64,000 nucleotides of DNA. Origin: a phage. The DNA lies in sequence record PZ445439.1, one strand, 5' to 3'. Of the stretch, positions 10,526-20,148 are shown piece by piece (position 1 is the stretch's first letter; every line of letters begins with the position of its first letter). The notes under the pieces are model-generated. The model was not told where the DNA came from. It was given only the letters and a program-made list of their open reading frames with translations, and ran no database searches. A program made the translations under genes and the position numbers.

Positions 10526-11541
10526 TGTGTTGCCTCTACATATAGCTGATTTGCATATTGAATAAGTGCTTCACGGTCAGAATCAGTGATGTCTGGAATT
10601 GCATTAATGTATTCTTCCATCAACGTCTGAAGCGATTGAACTTCAACTTCTTCACTGTCATCTGACTCGACAGAGTTATCAATTTTTGACACAACTCGTA
10701 ATGAATGCACAACTTTTTCTAGTTCAGATTCGAACTTCGTCAGATTTTTGTCTACCTCAGTTACTATAACACGTACTGATAGATTTGTAAAATCTTTATA
10801 GTCAATTTTTCCTTTAAATGGATAATGAATTCTACGATGCCAGGTAGTATTGTTTGGAATAAATTCCATTCGTTCTGTTTCTGTATCAAACATCCAGAAC
10901 CCACGAGGGTCATTCTCGTCACCTGCAGTTAGTGTCCATGGTGTCCCAATATATCTGACGTTAGCAGCCTCAGAGATAGTATGGAAGTGACCAGACCACA
11001 CTTCTTTATAAGTCTTAAGGAAATCAGGTTCAAGACCGTGAGATTTCATTCCTTTATAAAAATAAAATCCATTCAGTTCCCAGTGACCAACACAAAAAGA
11101 AGCAGATGAAGTTTTGATGTGCTCAAGAATTTCACCAGTATTTTCTTCACACATCCAAGGAATCAAATCAATCAAACACCCGTCAAAATCTACCGTAGTA
11201 GGCTTATCATATACTTTAACATTAGGATATTTAGCCAAAAGCTCAGTAGAAGCATTTGGATGCATTACATTTTTGTAGTGGAGATCGTGATTTCCTACAA
11301 TAGTATGTAATGTGATTCCAGCATCATCAAGCATTTGAACTATTTCACGGGCAAACTCCATAGTTTTATGTGTGATTGCTTTTCGCACATCAAAAATATC
11401 ACCATATTGAATCCATACAGTAATTCCATTTTTCTTAGAATATTCTATCGCTTGCTTAATTCCATCAATTTGAATACCGCGAATCCACTCATCATCAGCT
11501 TTAACGCCTAAATGCCAATCACCCAAGTTTAGTATTTTCAT
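10522..11541 (-). CDS. 47: Recombination endonuclease subunit (Mre11/SbcD-like phosphoesterase)
   Basis: 339 aa; motifs GDWHLG, GDIFD, GNHD. Confidence 0.95.
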   Translation of the reverse strand: MKILNLGDWHLGVKADDEWIRGIQIDGIKQAIEYSKKNGITVWIQYGDIFDVRKAITHKTMEFAREIVQMLDDAGITLHTIVGNHDLHYKNVMHPNASTELLAKYPNVKVYDKPTTVDFDGCLIDLIPWMCEENTGEILEHIKTSSASFCVGHWELNGFYFYKGMKSHGLEPDFLKTYKEVWSGHFHTISEAANVRYIGTPWTLTAGDENDPRGFWMFDTETERMEFIPNNTTWHRRIHYPFKGKIDYKDFTNLSVRVIVTEVDKNLTKFESELEKVVHSLRVVSKIDNSVESDDSEEVEVQSLQTLMEEYINAIPDITDSDREALIQYANQLYVEATQ

Positions 11542-12142
11542 GGTGTCTTTTCCATCCTAATTTAGCTGCTTTTGAAACCAGTTCTTTAATTTTTCCTTTT
11601 GTCCATTCAGGACCAGGAGGTTCATGACATAACATTTGCTTAACTCCGTTATTATACCATTTTTTACCTTTATTATGTGATGAAGCTTTAAATTTATTTG
11701 ACCTTCCTTTTACATAACCTTCTGGAATATAAGGCAAAAAGGCAGATTTTCCTGTTAATGGATCATGTGAATGTATATTTCCTTTACAATTATGAGAACC
11801 ATATAATGGATGATTTTGTCCTTTATTATCTCTTCCAAATGAACCTTTTGGAGCAGCATATGACATATTAAAGAATAATGGATTTTTAACTGCATCATGC
11901 AATCGTTGATAATATAACTCGCATTTAATAGCTTCTTCACGCGTATCAAATTCAGCTAAAATGCATGAATCAAATAAGTGAGGATTATCTGAAAGCTCTT
12001 TATTATAAATTTTCTTATACTTTTTAGATAAAACTGAACCATGATATCCAGCTAAATGCCTATCTAAAGACGTAGATCCAATATAAAAAGGAGGAAGTTT
12101 ATCTCCACTATATATTGTTAAATAAGTTATATATTTTTTCAT
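11519..12142 (-). mobile_element. GIY-YIG seg-like endonuclease ORF (207 aa)
   Basis: TYLT...PFYIGS, then R-x3-H, conserved Glu and Asn; C-terminal IPEGYVKGR as in segB. Confidence 0.6.
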
Positions 12143-12279
12143 ATATCAAGAACCGTCATTGAAATGCAAAATAAAATTATTGAAATAAACCCATCTGGTG
12201 TGCTAAAGAACCCAATCCAACATGCTTTAGTGAATAGATAAAATGCAAGAAAAAGTATCACATATTCAAGAAATATCAT
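12139..12279 (-). CDS. Small hydrophobic peptide (46 aa), not in ORF track
   Basis: ATG 12279, stop overlaps ATG of next ORF (ATGA); read by hand. Confidence 0.3.
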   Translation of the reverse strand: MIFLEYVILFLAFYLFTKACWIGFFSTPDGFISIILFCISMTVLDI

Positions 12280-12303
12280 TATATCAAACTCCGTATAAAG
12301 CTA

Positions 12304-12319
12304 AAGGGCCGAAGCCCTT
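12304..12319 (-). terminator. UUCG-tetraloop hairpin at 3' end of a-gt
   Basis: AAGGGC-UUCG-GCCCUU on minus strand. Confidence 0.45.
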
Positions 12320-13521
12320 TATTTTGTAATAATGTCAAACTGTTCTTTAAAGCAGAAGCTTGAATCTTGATGCTGATACAAAAATTCATAAGCTTTTTCG
12401 CGTTCGCGGTCATAAAGAGTTCGGTCAGATGACAGTTCTTTAATACGTTCAAATGTTGATTCCATGTCATTTTCATCAAACCAAATGATACCGCTATCAT
12501 GCGAGGTCAAAGGAGTATTATCAACACGGAATTTTAAATTTTCGCCAGTAGATTTCCAAAATACCGGAATTGTTCCACATGCACCAAGCTCGAGATGAGT
12601 ATATTCTAAAGAACGTTGTAGATATTTTTTATCCAACTTACTCAACTGATAACCAAAACCGGATTTACTCATACGTTCAAGCATTTCGCTATTTACATAA
12701 CGGTCAAGAATTTGCGTTGGCAAATTAGGAGCAATTTTAATTTGGTCTACTTGATGAAGACGATAATACTCGTATGGAATTCCTTTTTCTTTAATAGGAA
12801 TGAACGCTGGAGAACGTTCCAGACCTTCCATAATAGTACTTAGTCCTGCAGGTTTAAGATGTTTTTCATGAAAATCAAACATCTGATAAAAACCTTTCCA
12901 TGTAGTCGTACGACCAATCCAACGGTTGATATTCATGTTAATTTCAGAAACATCTTTCCAGTAGGTTGACCGAACCTTCGCAATATCCATAGGAGGCTGA
13001 AAGTTATATACTGTCGGTGCTTCTTCAATATCATCAAACAGAGAAACTGTTTCAGGATACCATTCTTTCATCAGAACTTTATTAAAATCACCATTATCAG
13101 AATGGCTAAAAATAACATCAGCTCGACGAACAGTTTCTTCTAATCCCAAATTTCGGCGCAAAGAAAGAGAAGAATGGTCATGTTGATAAACTACAACACG
13201 AACAGAAGGTTTAATGTTATCAATAATTTTTTTATAGTTATTAATAGTGTCTTCTTCAACCGAAGTAGCAGGAACTGAATTGATAATTAGAATATCACAA
13301 TCATTTACCAGCTTAAGTGTTTTATCATATTCTTTTGCCAATAAAACCGGAATTGAAAATGATTTATAATCATGCGCGCAATTACGAGTAAATGATTTAT
13401 CTTTAGCATAAACCAAAGTTACTTCATGACCATTTTTAATAAACCAATCACGTTGCTCGAGTGAGAATTTTGTTACACCACAACCTTCAAGACCTCGAGC
13501 CATAAAAATACATACTTTCAT
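12319..13521 (-). CDS. a-gt: DNA alpha-glucosyltransferase
   Basis: 400 aa; near-identity to recalled T4 AGT. Confidence 0.9.
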   Translation of the reverse strand: MKVCIFMARGLEGCGVTKFSLEQRDWFIKNGHEVTLVYAKDKSFTRNCAHDYKSFSIPVLLAKEYDKTLKLVNDCDILIINSVPATSVEEDTINNYKKIIDNIKPSVRVVVYQHDHSSLSLRRNLGLEETVRRADVIFSHSDNGDFNKVLMKEWYPETVSLFDDIEEAPTVYNFQPPMDIAKVRSTYWKDVSEINMNINRWIGRTTTWKGFYQMFDFHEKHLKPAGLSTIMEGLERSPAFIPIKEKGIPYEYYRLHQVDQIKIAPNLPTQILDRYVNSEMLERMSKSGFGYQLSKLDKKYLQRSLEYTHLELGACGTIPVFWKSTGENLKFRVDNTPLTSHDSGIIWFDENDMESTFERIKELSSDRTLYDREREKAYEFLYQHQDSSFCFKEQFDIITK

Positions 13522-13764
13522 TTAATATCCTCTTTGTTTTGGTTTATTTTACCAAAAATTTATAAAGCAATATAGGAGCCGAAGCTCCTATCCACATAAT
13601 ACGCCATACAGAGGCTCATTAGAACTTTTAAATTTTATGCGCTTATATTTTATAGTTCCTTCTGCTTTAGCTTTATCATGAGACTCTTTAAAGCGTCTCA
13701 TCATTTCCTCTTTAGAGGAACGAATTTTATTATAATCTATTTCAGAAGTCTGGGTGTTCATCTT

Positions 13765-13971
13765 TCATAACTGCCACCATTTTTTGACTTGATAAGAATC
13801 AACCCACACTTTCATATTAGGGTCTGCTCTTACAATAGGAGGATTAACTTCTTTAATTGAACTATCATGGTATTCTTTTTCAGAAATTTTCACACAAAGA
13901 TGACCATTCAAAGATTCAGTAAATCCTGCATTAATTTTAAGACGCTTGAATTTTACGTGTGTAAGCATCAA
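13765..13971 (-). CDS. Hypothetical protein
   Basis: 68 aa ORF. Confidence 0.4.
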   Translation of the reverse strand: MMLTHVKFKRLKINAGFTESLNGHLCVKISEKEYHDSSIKEVNPPIVRADPNMKVWVDSYQVKKWWQL

Positions 13972-14254
13972 TCATATCCTCAATTTGCGATCTAGTAGTC
14001 TTCCAAAGAATACTGATGAGTTCATCGTTATATGGCTGTTTTAGAATATCCCGACTTTTCTTGATAGCATATTCGTATTGAGCAAAATTATTATTTTCAG
14101 CTGCAATCTGAGCGTGCTTATAAAGACGATTCAGTTCGCGTTTGTTTTTAGACAATAACTTATTTGCTTTTCTTTCTGCTTCAAGACGGTTCTTTTCTTC
14201 AATAGAAGAAATAAGCTTTTCCACTTCATCATTAATTTCGGGTTTATCAGTCAT
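13937..14254 (-). CDS. Hypothetical coiled-coil protein
   Basis: 105 aa ORF. Confidence 0.5.
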   Translation of the reverse strand: MTDKPEINDEVEKLISSIEEKNRLEAERKANKLLSKNKRELNRLYKHAQIAAENNNFAQYEYAIKKSRDILKQPYNDELISILWKTTRSQIEDMIDAYTRKIQAS

Positions 14255-14255
14255 A

Positions 14256-14474
14256 TTATTTCTCTAATATAAAATAAAAATCATCATCTGTTAAATGATA
14301 CCGATAGTTTAATTCTACACCATTAGATTTAAAAGCGGTATCATACGGATTTTCTGGATCAATATCAATGTCAAGAGCTAAAACTTCCCTGAGATACATT
14401 TTAAGTAAATAGGGAATAGCTTCAACTTCAGGTATTTCTTCCAAGAATCCGGAGAGGTTAATCGTTAGCCTCAT
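14256..14474 (-). CDS. Hypothetical protein
   Basis: 72 aa ORF, acidic. Confidence 0.5.
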
Positions 14475-15015
14475 ATAAAAAATCCAAACTAGGAGAATCG
14501 TCTACAACACTTTTCTTTTCAGCCCCCGGTGTTCTATAGGTTGATTCTTCGTAATGCGTCATTTTATCGTAGATGTCTTGAATAAAAGTTTCATCTACTA
14601 ACGCAACCATATCGTCGTCACGACTGTCATAGACATTGTGAACGAAGTAACTATATTTCTTTGCAACTTCCTTACGTTCTTTTTTAATACGTTGGACGAA
14701 TGCATTAAAACAAGCTTGAGTTATATACGCATGTGGGTTTTTATATTTCGTTTCATCAAAATTGTGAAGCCCCTTAATAGAAGCTTCTATACCATCTGCA
14801 ATCATTTCTTGTTTCCAAGACTGGGTGTATCCTGAAAAGTTGAAACGTTTAGATAAGCCTTCTGCAATAAGCATAATGGCTAATCCGATAGTATCATTCT
14901 GACGAACTACTTTATTTGGGTCTTTATTATTTGCTAATTCTGTTTTCCAATCAATAATAGCTTGTAAAAGCTCTTTATTGTTTACGTAATTATATTTAGG
15001 CTTAGTTTCTGACAT
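14458..15015 (-). CDS. 55: Late-transcription sigma factor
   Basis: 185 aa from MSETKPKY. Confidence 0.92.
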
Positions 15016-15093
15016 TTTCACCTCTTAGCTCAATTCATAGATCTATTATATCATAATATTTGAAGATCTATCTTAAAGCATAGAGAATATCAG

Positions 15094-15363
15094 TTATCTA
15101 AGTAAACAGTATGCTTGGAATACTTTCTCCATCATCTTTTTAAATTCATGAATATCTATATAATGACTAGTTAGATCAGCATGATATAAAAAGTCTAAAA
15201 ACTTTTCATGTGTACTAACATATTCACTTTCATTTAATTCAGAAACATGGCTTTCCCAATATCCAACACCAGTCTTATTTGGGAAAAATGAAATTTTCAT
15301 GTATTGGTCAACATAGAAAATGCCATAATTTTCAATAGTAATAGAAATATTAATAAATTTCAT
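15094..15363 (-). CDS. Hypothetical protein
   Basis: 89 aa ORF. Confidence 0.45.
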   Translation of the reverse strand: MKFINISITIENYGIFYVDQYMKISFFPNKTGVGYWESHVSELNESEYVSTHEKFLDFLYHADLTSHYIDIHEFKKMMEKVFQAYCLLR

Positions 15364-15575
15364 ACATTCATCAACTTAGCCGCTTCAAGAGCTGCATCTA
15401 GTGAATCAAATTGGTCAACGTATTCAATCAATTCGCCATAATTGGCATATAACCACCATTGGCTAAATTCATACTCAAGGATGAATCCGTTTCCTTCAAT
15501 TTGAGTTAAACCAATGCCATTTGTATTTACTTCATATCCAGCAAGACGCAAATCGTTAATAAGAGCTTCGTTCAT
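15360..15575 (-). CDS. Hypothetical protein
   Basis: 71 aa ORF. Confidence 0.45.
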   Translation of the reverse strand: MNEALINDLRLAGYEVNTNGIGLTQIEGNGFILEYEFSQWWLYANYGELIEYVDQFDSLDAALEAAKLMNV

Positions 15576-15577
15576 AA

Positions 15578-15904
15578 TTATACCTTAGTAATTTTCAGGT
15601 CTGCAAATTTTTTCTTGCGTTGATTTTTCATGCGACGAATAGTTTTATCGGAAATTTCATGCTTTTGATAAGCTTTAGATTCTACACCAAAAGCTTTAAC
15701 ATCAAATTCTGACAAGATATATTGAACCAACAATTCACGGACAGTATTGCGTCCAATCTTCTGATCATTCTGTTTCATCGTCTGATGAAGCTCTTTTTCC
15801 CATTTATCCAAAATTTGAGGAGTTACAATATCGCCTTTTTCTAGCAAAGAAACTACTTTATCATATGCGTAAGAATTGATGGCGTTTTTAATTTGAATAG
15901 TCAT
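15578..15904 (-). CDS. Hypothetical protein
   Basis: 108 aa ORF. Confidence 0.5.
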   Translation of the reverse strand: MTIQIKNAINSYAYDKVVSLLEKGDIVTPQILDKWEKELHQTMKQNDQKIGRNTVRELLVQYILSEFDVKAFGVESKAYQKHEISDKTIRRMKNQRKKKFADLKITKV

Positions 15905-15956
15905 ACATTATCCTCAATTGCGTTAAAATTTTATTATCCAAAAAGGGCCGAAGCCC

Positions 15957-16157
15957 TTAGCTAAACTTTTTGGCACCCTTCCAGCCTTCATACATCATTG
16001 CGGCTGATATTAATATTGCTCCTGAGCAACTTGAATATTTGTGATTCCAAAACCAGTTTAGAAAAACTTCGTCATCAATACCTTGTGCTATCATATTTTC
16101 AAAGAACTGACGACGAGCTTCGGCAATTCGCTGCGATAATTTAGATTCAGGATTCAT
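15957..16157 (-). CDS. Hypothetical protein
   Basis: 66 aa ORF. Confidence 0.45.
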   Translation of the reverse strand: MNPESKLSQRIAEARRQFFENMIAQGIDDEVFLNWFWNHKYSSCSGAILISAAMMYEGWKGAKKFS

Positions 16158-16373
16158 TTAAATTTTCCAATTACCGTTTTCATCAATGAATTTAATCCAG
16201 TCATTTACTGACCACTTAGTTGTATCGCCTTTTGGAGTAACATTTAAAGTATATAGCCCTTGCTTAAAAAGCATTCGTTTGATATTCATATTTTCCTCAG
16301 ATGTAACGATAACACTCGTTTGATTTACGTTTAGCAACTCGTTGAGAAGTATTATAATCAAAATCATCGTCAA
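16158..16373 (-). CDS. Hypothetical protein
   Basis: 71 aa ORF. Confidence 0.4.
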   Translation of the reverse strand: MTMILIIILLNELLNVNQTSVIVTSEENMNIKRMLFKQGLYTLNVTPKGDTTKWSVNDWIKFIDENGNWKI

Positions 16374-16629
16374 TGTAAACTGATTTTTTCAACTTTCTTA
16401 CTTCACCACGTAATTGGCGATTTAGCTCATCTTTAACTTCTGAATCAATACCTTTCATTCTACGCCATTTATCTGAGCGAAAAATGTTTTCAACCATATC
16501 TTTATGACTTACCCCATCAGGAGCTTTACGCTTTCCGAAATAGTCATAATCACGAACTTTCAAGTCTTTACGACGATACGTTTTACCCATGGAGTTTAAT
16601 TTCCTTAGCAACTGAACTAAATGCAGCAC
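16297..16629 (-). CDS. Hypothetical basic protein
   Basis: 110 aa ORF; overlaps the next ORF so start is uncertain. Confidence 0.4.
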   Translation of the reverse strand: MLHLVQLLRKLNSMGKTYRRKDLKVRDYDYFGKRKAPDGVSHKDMVENIFRSDKWRRMKGIDSEVKDELNRQLRGEVRKLKKSVYIDDDFDYNTSQRVAKRKSNECYRYI

Positions 16630-16765
16630 GATCGCAAATCATGCGTTTATGTAACTTGAGTATAATATAGCAAACTTCAAAACTATTTACATGAGTAACA
16701 CGAACAGCATTACCATTAATGAGATAATACTGTCCCTTTTTAATTTCTTTATCAACCATAACCAT
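16583..16765 (-). CDS. Hypothetical protein
   Basis: 60 aa ORF. Confidence 0.35.
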   Translation of the reverse strand: MVMVDKEIKKGQYYLINGNAVRVTHVNSFEVCYIILKLHKRMICDRAAFSSVAKEIKLHG

Positions 16766-16795
16766 ATCAATTCCTCAAAGGTAATTCATATGTTA

Positions 16796-16826
16796 ATAAT
16801 ACCACGGTTTGAACTTGTTGTAAACA
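16796..16826 (-). promoter_or_regulatory. Early promoter (-35 GTTTACA, -10 TATTAT)
   Basis: Promoter-family sequence upstream of ORF 16583..16765. Confidence 0.45.
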
Positions 16827-16906
16827 ACTTTGTGAAAAATATTTCAGGGAATGATAAGAAAGGAACGATAGCTTAGAATGGTAATATACAGAATGTAAGA
16901 AAGAAA

Positions 16907-16919
16907 GGCCCAGAGGGCC
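16907..16919 (-). terminator. Hairpin GGCCC-loop-GGGCC downstream of nrdH
   Basis: Inverted repeat just 3' of nrdH stop. Confidence 0.4.
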
Positions 16920-16923
16920 CATC

Positions 16924-17217
16924 TTAGTCTTCTATGATATCTCTATCATATCCAAGTGAAATGAGAGTTTCTTTGAAGTGTTTAATGTTCTTTTGCCTAG
17001 AATCATTAATGAAAATGACCGGATACCGAATATTAAGAGATGTGAATCCGGCGCGTTTGGCAAGAGATACAATCAGTGGACGATCATACTCAATCTTACC
17101 ATTATTAGTAAGAACTTTATAGAAAGTAAAAGGAGCATTGAGCTCCTTTAGAAGTTTTGTAACTGATTGACATCCAGGACAACGACCTACTTCATCTGGA
17201 ATTCCATAGACTTCAAT
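16924..17217 (-). CDS. nrdH: Glutaredoxin-like NrdH (CPGC active site); start codon uncertain
   Basis: KIEVYGIPDEVGRCPGCQ core; no in-frame ATG after the upstream stop. Confidence 0.7.
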   Translation of the reverse strand: MEVYGIPDEVGRCPGCQSVTKLLKELNAPFTFYKVLTNNGKIEYDRPLIVSLAKRAGFTSLNIRYPVIFINDSRQKNIKHFKETLISLGYDRDIIED

Positions 17218-17218
17218 C

Positions 17219-17530
17219 TTATTCTTTAAGTTCGAGTTTTGTTCCACGAGAAATAATTCCTTGGTAAGCCCAATAAGGAGGATTAACAGAATCCTCACCA
17301 GAGTTTTCTTCAGGAAAATAAACCTGGATAACGAAGCCGGATTCATCAAAGGTAAAATAAACCGTAGGCAGTTCACCTAACAAATCGGCACGAGCGTTGA
17401 TTTCTTCGAGGTCTTGTTCACGTCCAGCCCAGAAGCTTGGGTTCAGACTACATTCATAGAAATAATAGTCATTACCGAACATATCAAAACCATTCCAACT
17501 CTCTACTACATACCGCTCAAAACTAATCAT
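17219..17530 (-). CDS. Hypothetical protein
   Basis: 103 aa ORF. Confidence 0.5.
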   Translation of the reverse strand: MISFERYVVESWNGFDMFGNDYYFYECSLNPSFWAGREQDLEEINARADLLGELPTVYFTFDESGFVIQVYFPEENSGEDSVNPPYWAYQGIISRGTKLELKE

Positions 17531-17532
17531 AA

Positions 17533-17748
17533 TTAATCCTTTTTATCAAGAACCGCATTCAGCTTGTTAGTAATTTTATCCAGACGCTCATTGAACTCAC
17601 TAGAAGATAAGCCCTTTTCCGGAGAAATTAAACTAATCACGAAAAATACAACAATAAAAGGAATAAGAAAAATAGCTCCAACTGCCATAAACAGAAAGAA
17701 CGTTACAGTTGTAAGAAAATCAGCTAAACCTTTACGAAATTTATACAT
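17533..17748 (-). CDS. Small membrane protein
   Basis: 71 aa, one long hydrophobic segment. Confidence 0.5.
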   Translation of the reverse strand: MYKFRKGLADFLTTVTFFLFMAVGAIFLIPFIVVFFVISLISPEKGLSSSEFNERLDKITNKLNAVLDKKD

Positions 17749-17863
17749 ATTTTACCCTTAATTGATTAACCAAGCATTGATAAGCACTAAACTATATTGC
17801 GAATAAAATTCTGGACCAAAATGAAAAATCATATCATTTATAGTATCCATAATGCAATTCAAT

Positions 17864-18334
17864 TTAATCATGTTTCCACACCCCATCGGTATTTGACCAA
17901 AGTCGCTGATTATCTGATCCTCGCCACAGCTTTTTAGTCGGAAGATTTTTCTCATACTTCCCATCAATAATAACATCAACATATTTAAGCATTTCTAGTT
18001 GTTTAATATCTTCAAACTTATATCCTGTCCACAACCAAATGCTTTTATTGGGATAAAGATTTTTTACTGTTTGAACAATGCAATGAATAACATCTCGGTT
18101 ATCAGGATAGAGAGGGTCTCCTCCAGTTATAGTCAATCCTTCTATATAATCATTATTCAAACATTCAATTAATTGTTCTAGCGTTTCACCGGTGAATGGA
18201 ATACCATTTCTAGCATTCCATGTTGATTTATTATAACACCCTTCACATTTATGCAAACATCCAGTAACAAAAAGAACGGTCCTGCACCCAGGACCATTAA
18301 CAAAATCACAAGGATAAATTCTATCGTAATTCAT
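17864..18334 (-). CDS. nrdG: Anaerobic ribonucleotide reductase activating enzyme (radical SAM)
   Basis: 156 aa; Cys cluster CLHKCEGC. Confidence 0.92.
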   Translation of the reverse strand: MNYDRIYPCDFVNGPGCRTVLFVTGCLHKCEGCYNKSTWNARNGIPFTGETLEQLIECLNNDYIEGLTITGGDPLYPDNRDVIHCIVQTVKNLYPNKSIWLWTGYKFEDIKQLEMLKYVDVIIDGKYEKNLPTKKLWRGSDNQRLWSNTDGVWKHD

Positions 18335-20148
18335 TGATGCTTAACCCTATGCATGATTTCTTTATTTTTGCCGAGATTAAATCCGCGTTCATTCGGATTT
18401 CCCAAATAGCCGCATGTTCTTCTTATGGTATTCATCTTTTTAGGATCAGTTTCTCCACAAATAGAACAAACAAATCCGTTTTCAGTAGGAGTCATTTCAT
18501 GGGTACTTCCACACGTAAAACATTTATCTACTGGCATGTTAACGCCAAAATAATCTAAATGCTGTGCAGCATAATCCCATACGGCCTCAAGACCTTTTAG
18601 GTTGTTTTTCATATCAGGAAGTTCAACATAAGAAATGTGACCACCTGTCGCAATGAAATGATATGGTGCTTCACGAGAAATTTTTTCAAACGGAGTAATA
18701 TTTTCTTCTACTGAAACGTGGAAACTGTTAGTGTACCATCCTTTATCAGTAACATCCTTTACACTTCCATATTTTTCAGTATCAAGTTTACAGAAGCGAT
18801 AACAAAGGTTTTCAGCGGGGGTAGAATACAAGCTAAAAGCAAAACCGGTTCTTTCAGTCCACTGCTTAAGACGAGCATTCATTTTAGATAAAATTTCTTG
18901 TCCAATATCACGACCGACAAGAATATTCAATTCGTGAATACCAATGTATCCTAGGGACACTGAACTTCTACCGTTTTTAAATAACTCAATTATATCATCA
19001 TCCGGTTTAAGACGAACCCCGAATGCACCTTCTTGGTAAAGAATAGGAGCAACAGTCGCTTTAACTCCTTTTAAAGAACTAATTCTACACATCAAAGCTT
19101 CAAAACACAAATCCATTCGCTCATTGAATAATTCGGCAAATTTCTGTTCATTGAACTGTGTTCCAATATAAGAATCTAACGCAATGCGTGGAAGATTCAG
19201 CGTTACAACACCAAGATTATTACGTCCATCAAGAATTTCATTACCAGTCGAATCTTTCCATACGCTCAAGAAACTACGGCAACCCATCGGAGAAACAGGA
19301 ATAGATGAACCGGTGATAGCTTTATTGTTTTTAGCTGAAATAATATCAGGATACATCCTTTTGCTTGCGCACTCTAGAGCAAGCTGCTTAATATCATAGT
19401 TCGGATCGTCTTTATAAAGATTAACGCCTTCTTCAACAAACATAACAAGCTTAGGGAAAATAGGAGTTATCCCATCACGACCGAGACCTTTAATACGATT
19501 TTTCAGAATTGCTTTCTGAATCATTCGTTCAGTCCAGTCAGTTCCCGTACCAAATGTAATTGTTACAAAAGGCGTTTGTCCATTTGAACTAAAGAGAGTA
19601 TTTACTTCATATTCATAAGCTTGGAATGCATCGTATACGTCTTTTTCTGTTTTAGATTGGGCATAATTCAACGCATCAGCAATTTGCCATTTTTCTGCAT
19701 CCTCGATATGTTTTGCATAGGTGCGTTTAACATAAGGAGAAAGTACTTTATCTACATTCGCAAAAGTCGTTCCGCCATATTGATGAGAAGCAACTTGTGC
19801 AGTAATTTGCGCCATAATTGCAGTAGCAACACCGATTGATTTAGGTGTTTCAATCTGCGCATTACCGAGCTTAAATCCGTTCTCAAGCATTCCTTTTAAA
19901 TCTACTAAACAGCAATTAGTAAATGGAAGAGCAGGGGAATAATCAATATCATGGAAATGAATAATTCCGCTTTCATGCGCTTTCATAATAAAAGACGGGA
20001 CCATATTTTTGGCAATGTGTTTAGACACAATACCAGCCATAAGGTCCCGTTGAGTTGGAAAAACACGAGAATCTTTATTAGCATTCTCGTTTAAAAGGTC
20101 TTTATTAGTTTTATGAATCAATCCTTCAATTTCTTTTTCAATTGTCAT
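18331..20148 (-). CDS. nrdD: Anaerobic ribonucleoside-triphosphate reductase, uninterrupted
   Basis: 605 aa continuous ORF; C-terminal glycyl radical motif RRTCGYLG. Confidence 0.95.
   Translation of the reverse strand: MTIEKEIEGLIHKTNKDLLNENANKDSRVFPTQRDLMAGIVSKHIAKNMVPSFIMKAHESGIIHFHDIDYSPALPFTNCCLVDLKGMLENGFKLGNAQIETPKSIGVATAIMAQITAQVASHQYGGTTFANVDKVLSPYVKRTYAKHIEDAEKWQIADALNYAQSKTEKDVYDAFQAYEYEVNTLFSSNGQTPFVTITFGTGTDWTERMIQKAILKNRIKGLGRDGITPIFPKLVMFVEEGVNLYKDDPNYDIKQLALECASKRMYPDIISAKNNKAITGSSIPVSPMGCRSFLSVWKDSTGNEILDGRNNLGVVTLNLPRIALDSYIGTQFNEQKFAELFNERMDLCFEALMCRISSLKGVKATVAPILYQEGAFGVRLKPDDDIIELFKNGRSSVSLGYIGIHELNILVGRDIGQEILSKMNARLKQWTERTGFAFSLYSTPAENLCYRFCKLDTEKYGSVKDVTDKGWYTNSFHVSVEENITPFEKISREAPYHFIATGGHISYVELPDMKNNLKGLEAVWDYAAQHLDYFGVNMPVDKCFTCGSTHEMTPTENGFVCSICGETDPKKMNTIRRTCGYLGNPNERGFNLGKNKEIMHRVKHQ

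Noticed and set aside
12279-12500. 73 aa ORF overlapping the 3' end of a-gt
   Set aside because: Alternative frame inside a-gt. The plausible small gene in this interval is the hand-read 46 aa ORF at 12139..12279.
17219-17530. Programmed frameshift fusing the 103 aa ORF to nrdH
   Set aside because: No slippery heptamer or stimulatory structure is visible at the junction. Kept only as an alternative under the nrdH start-codon finding.
17758-17982. 74 aa ORF overlapping the 3' end of nrdG
   Set aside because: Most of it is an alternative frame of nrdG. At most a 37 aa peptide starting near 17871 could be real, which is too weak to call.
18331-20148. Searched nrdD for a group I intron or embedded homing endonuclease ORF
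   Set aside because: The reading frame is continuous for 605 codons with no stops or internal ORF. Recorded as a finding (intron absent) rather than a feature.
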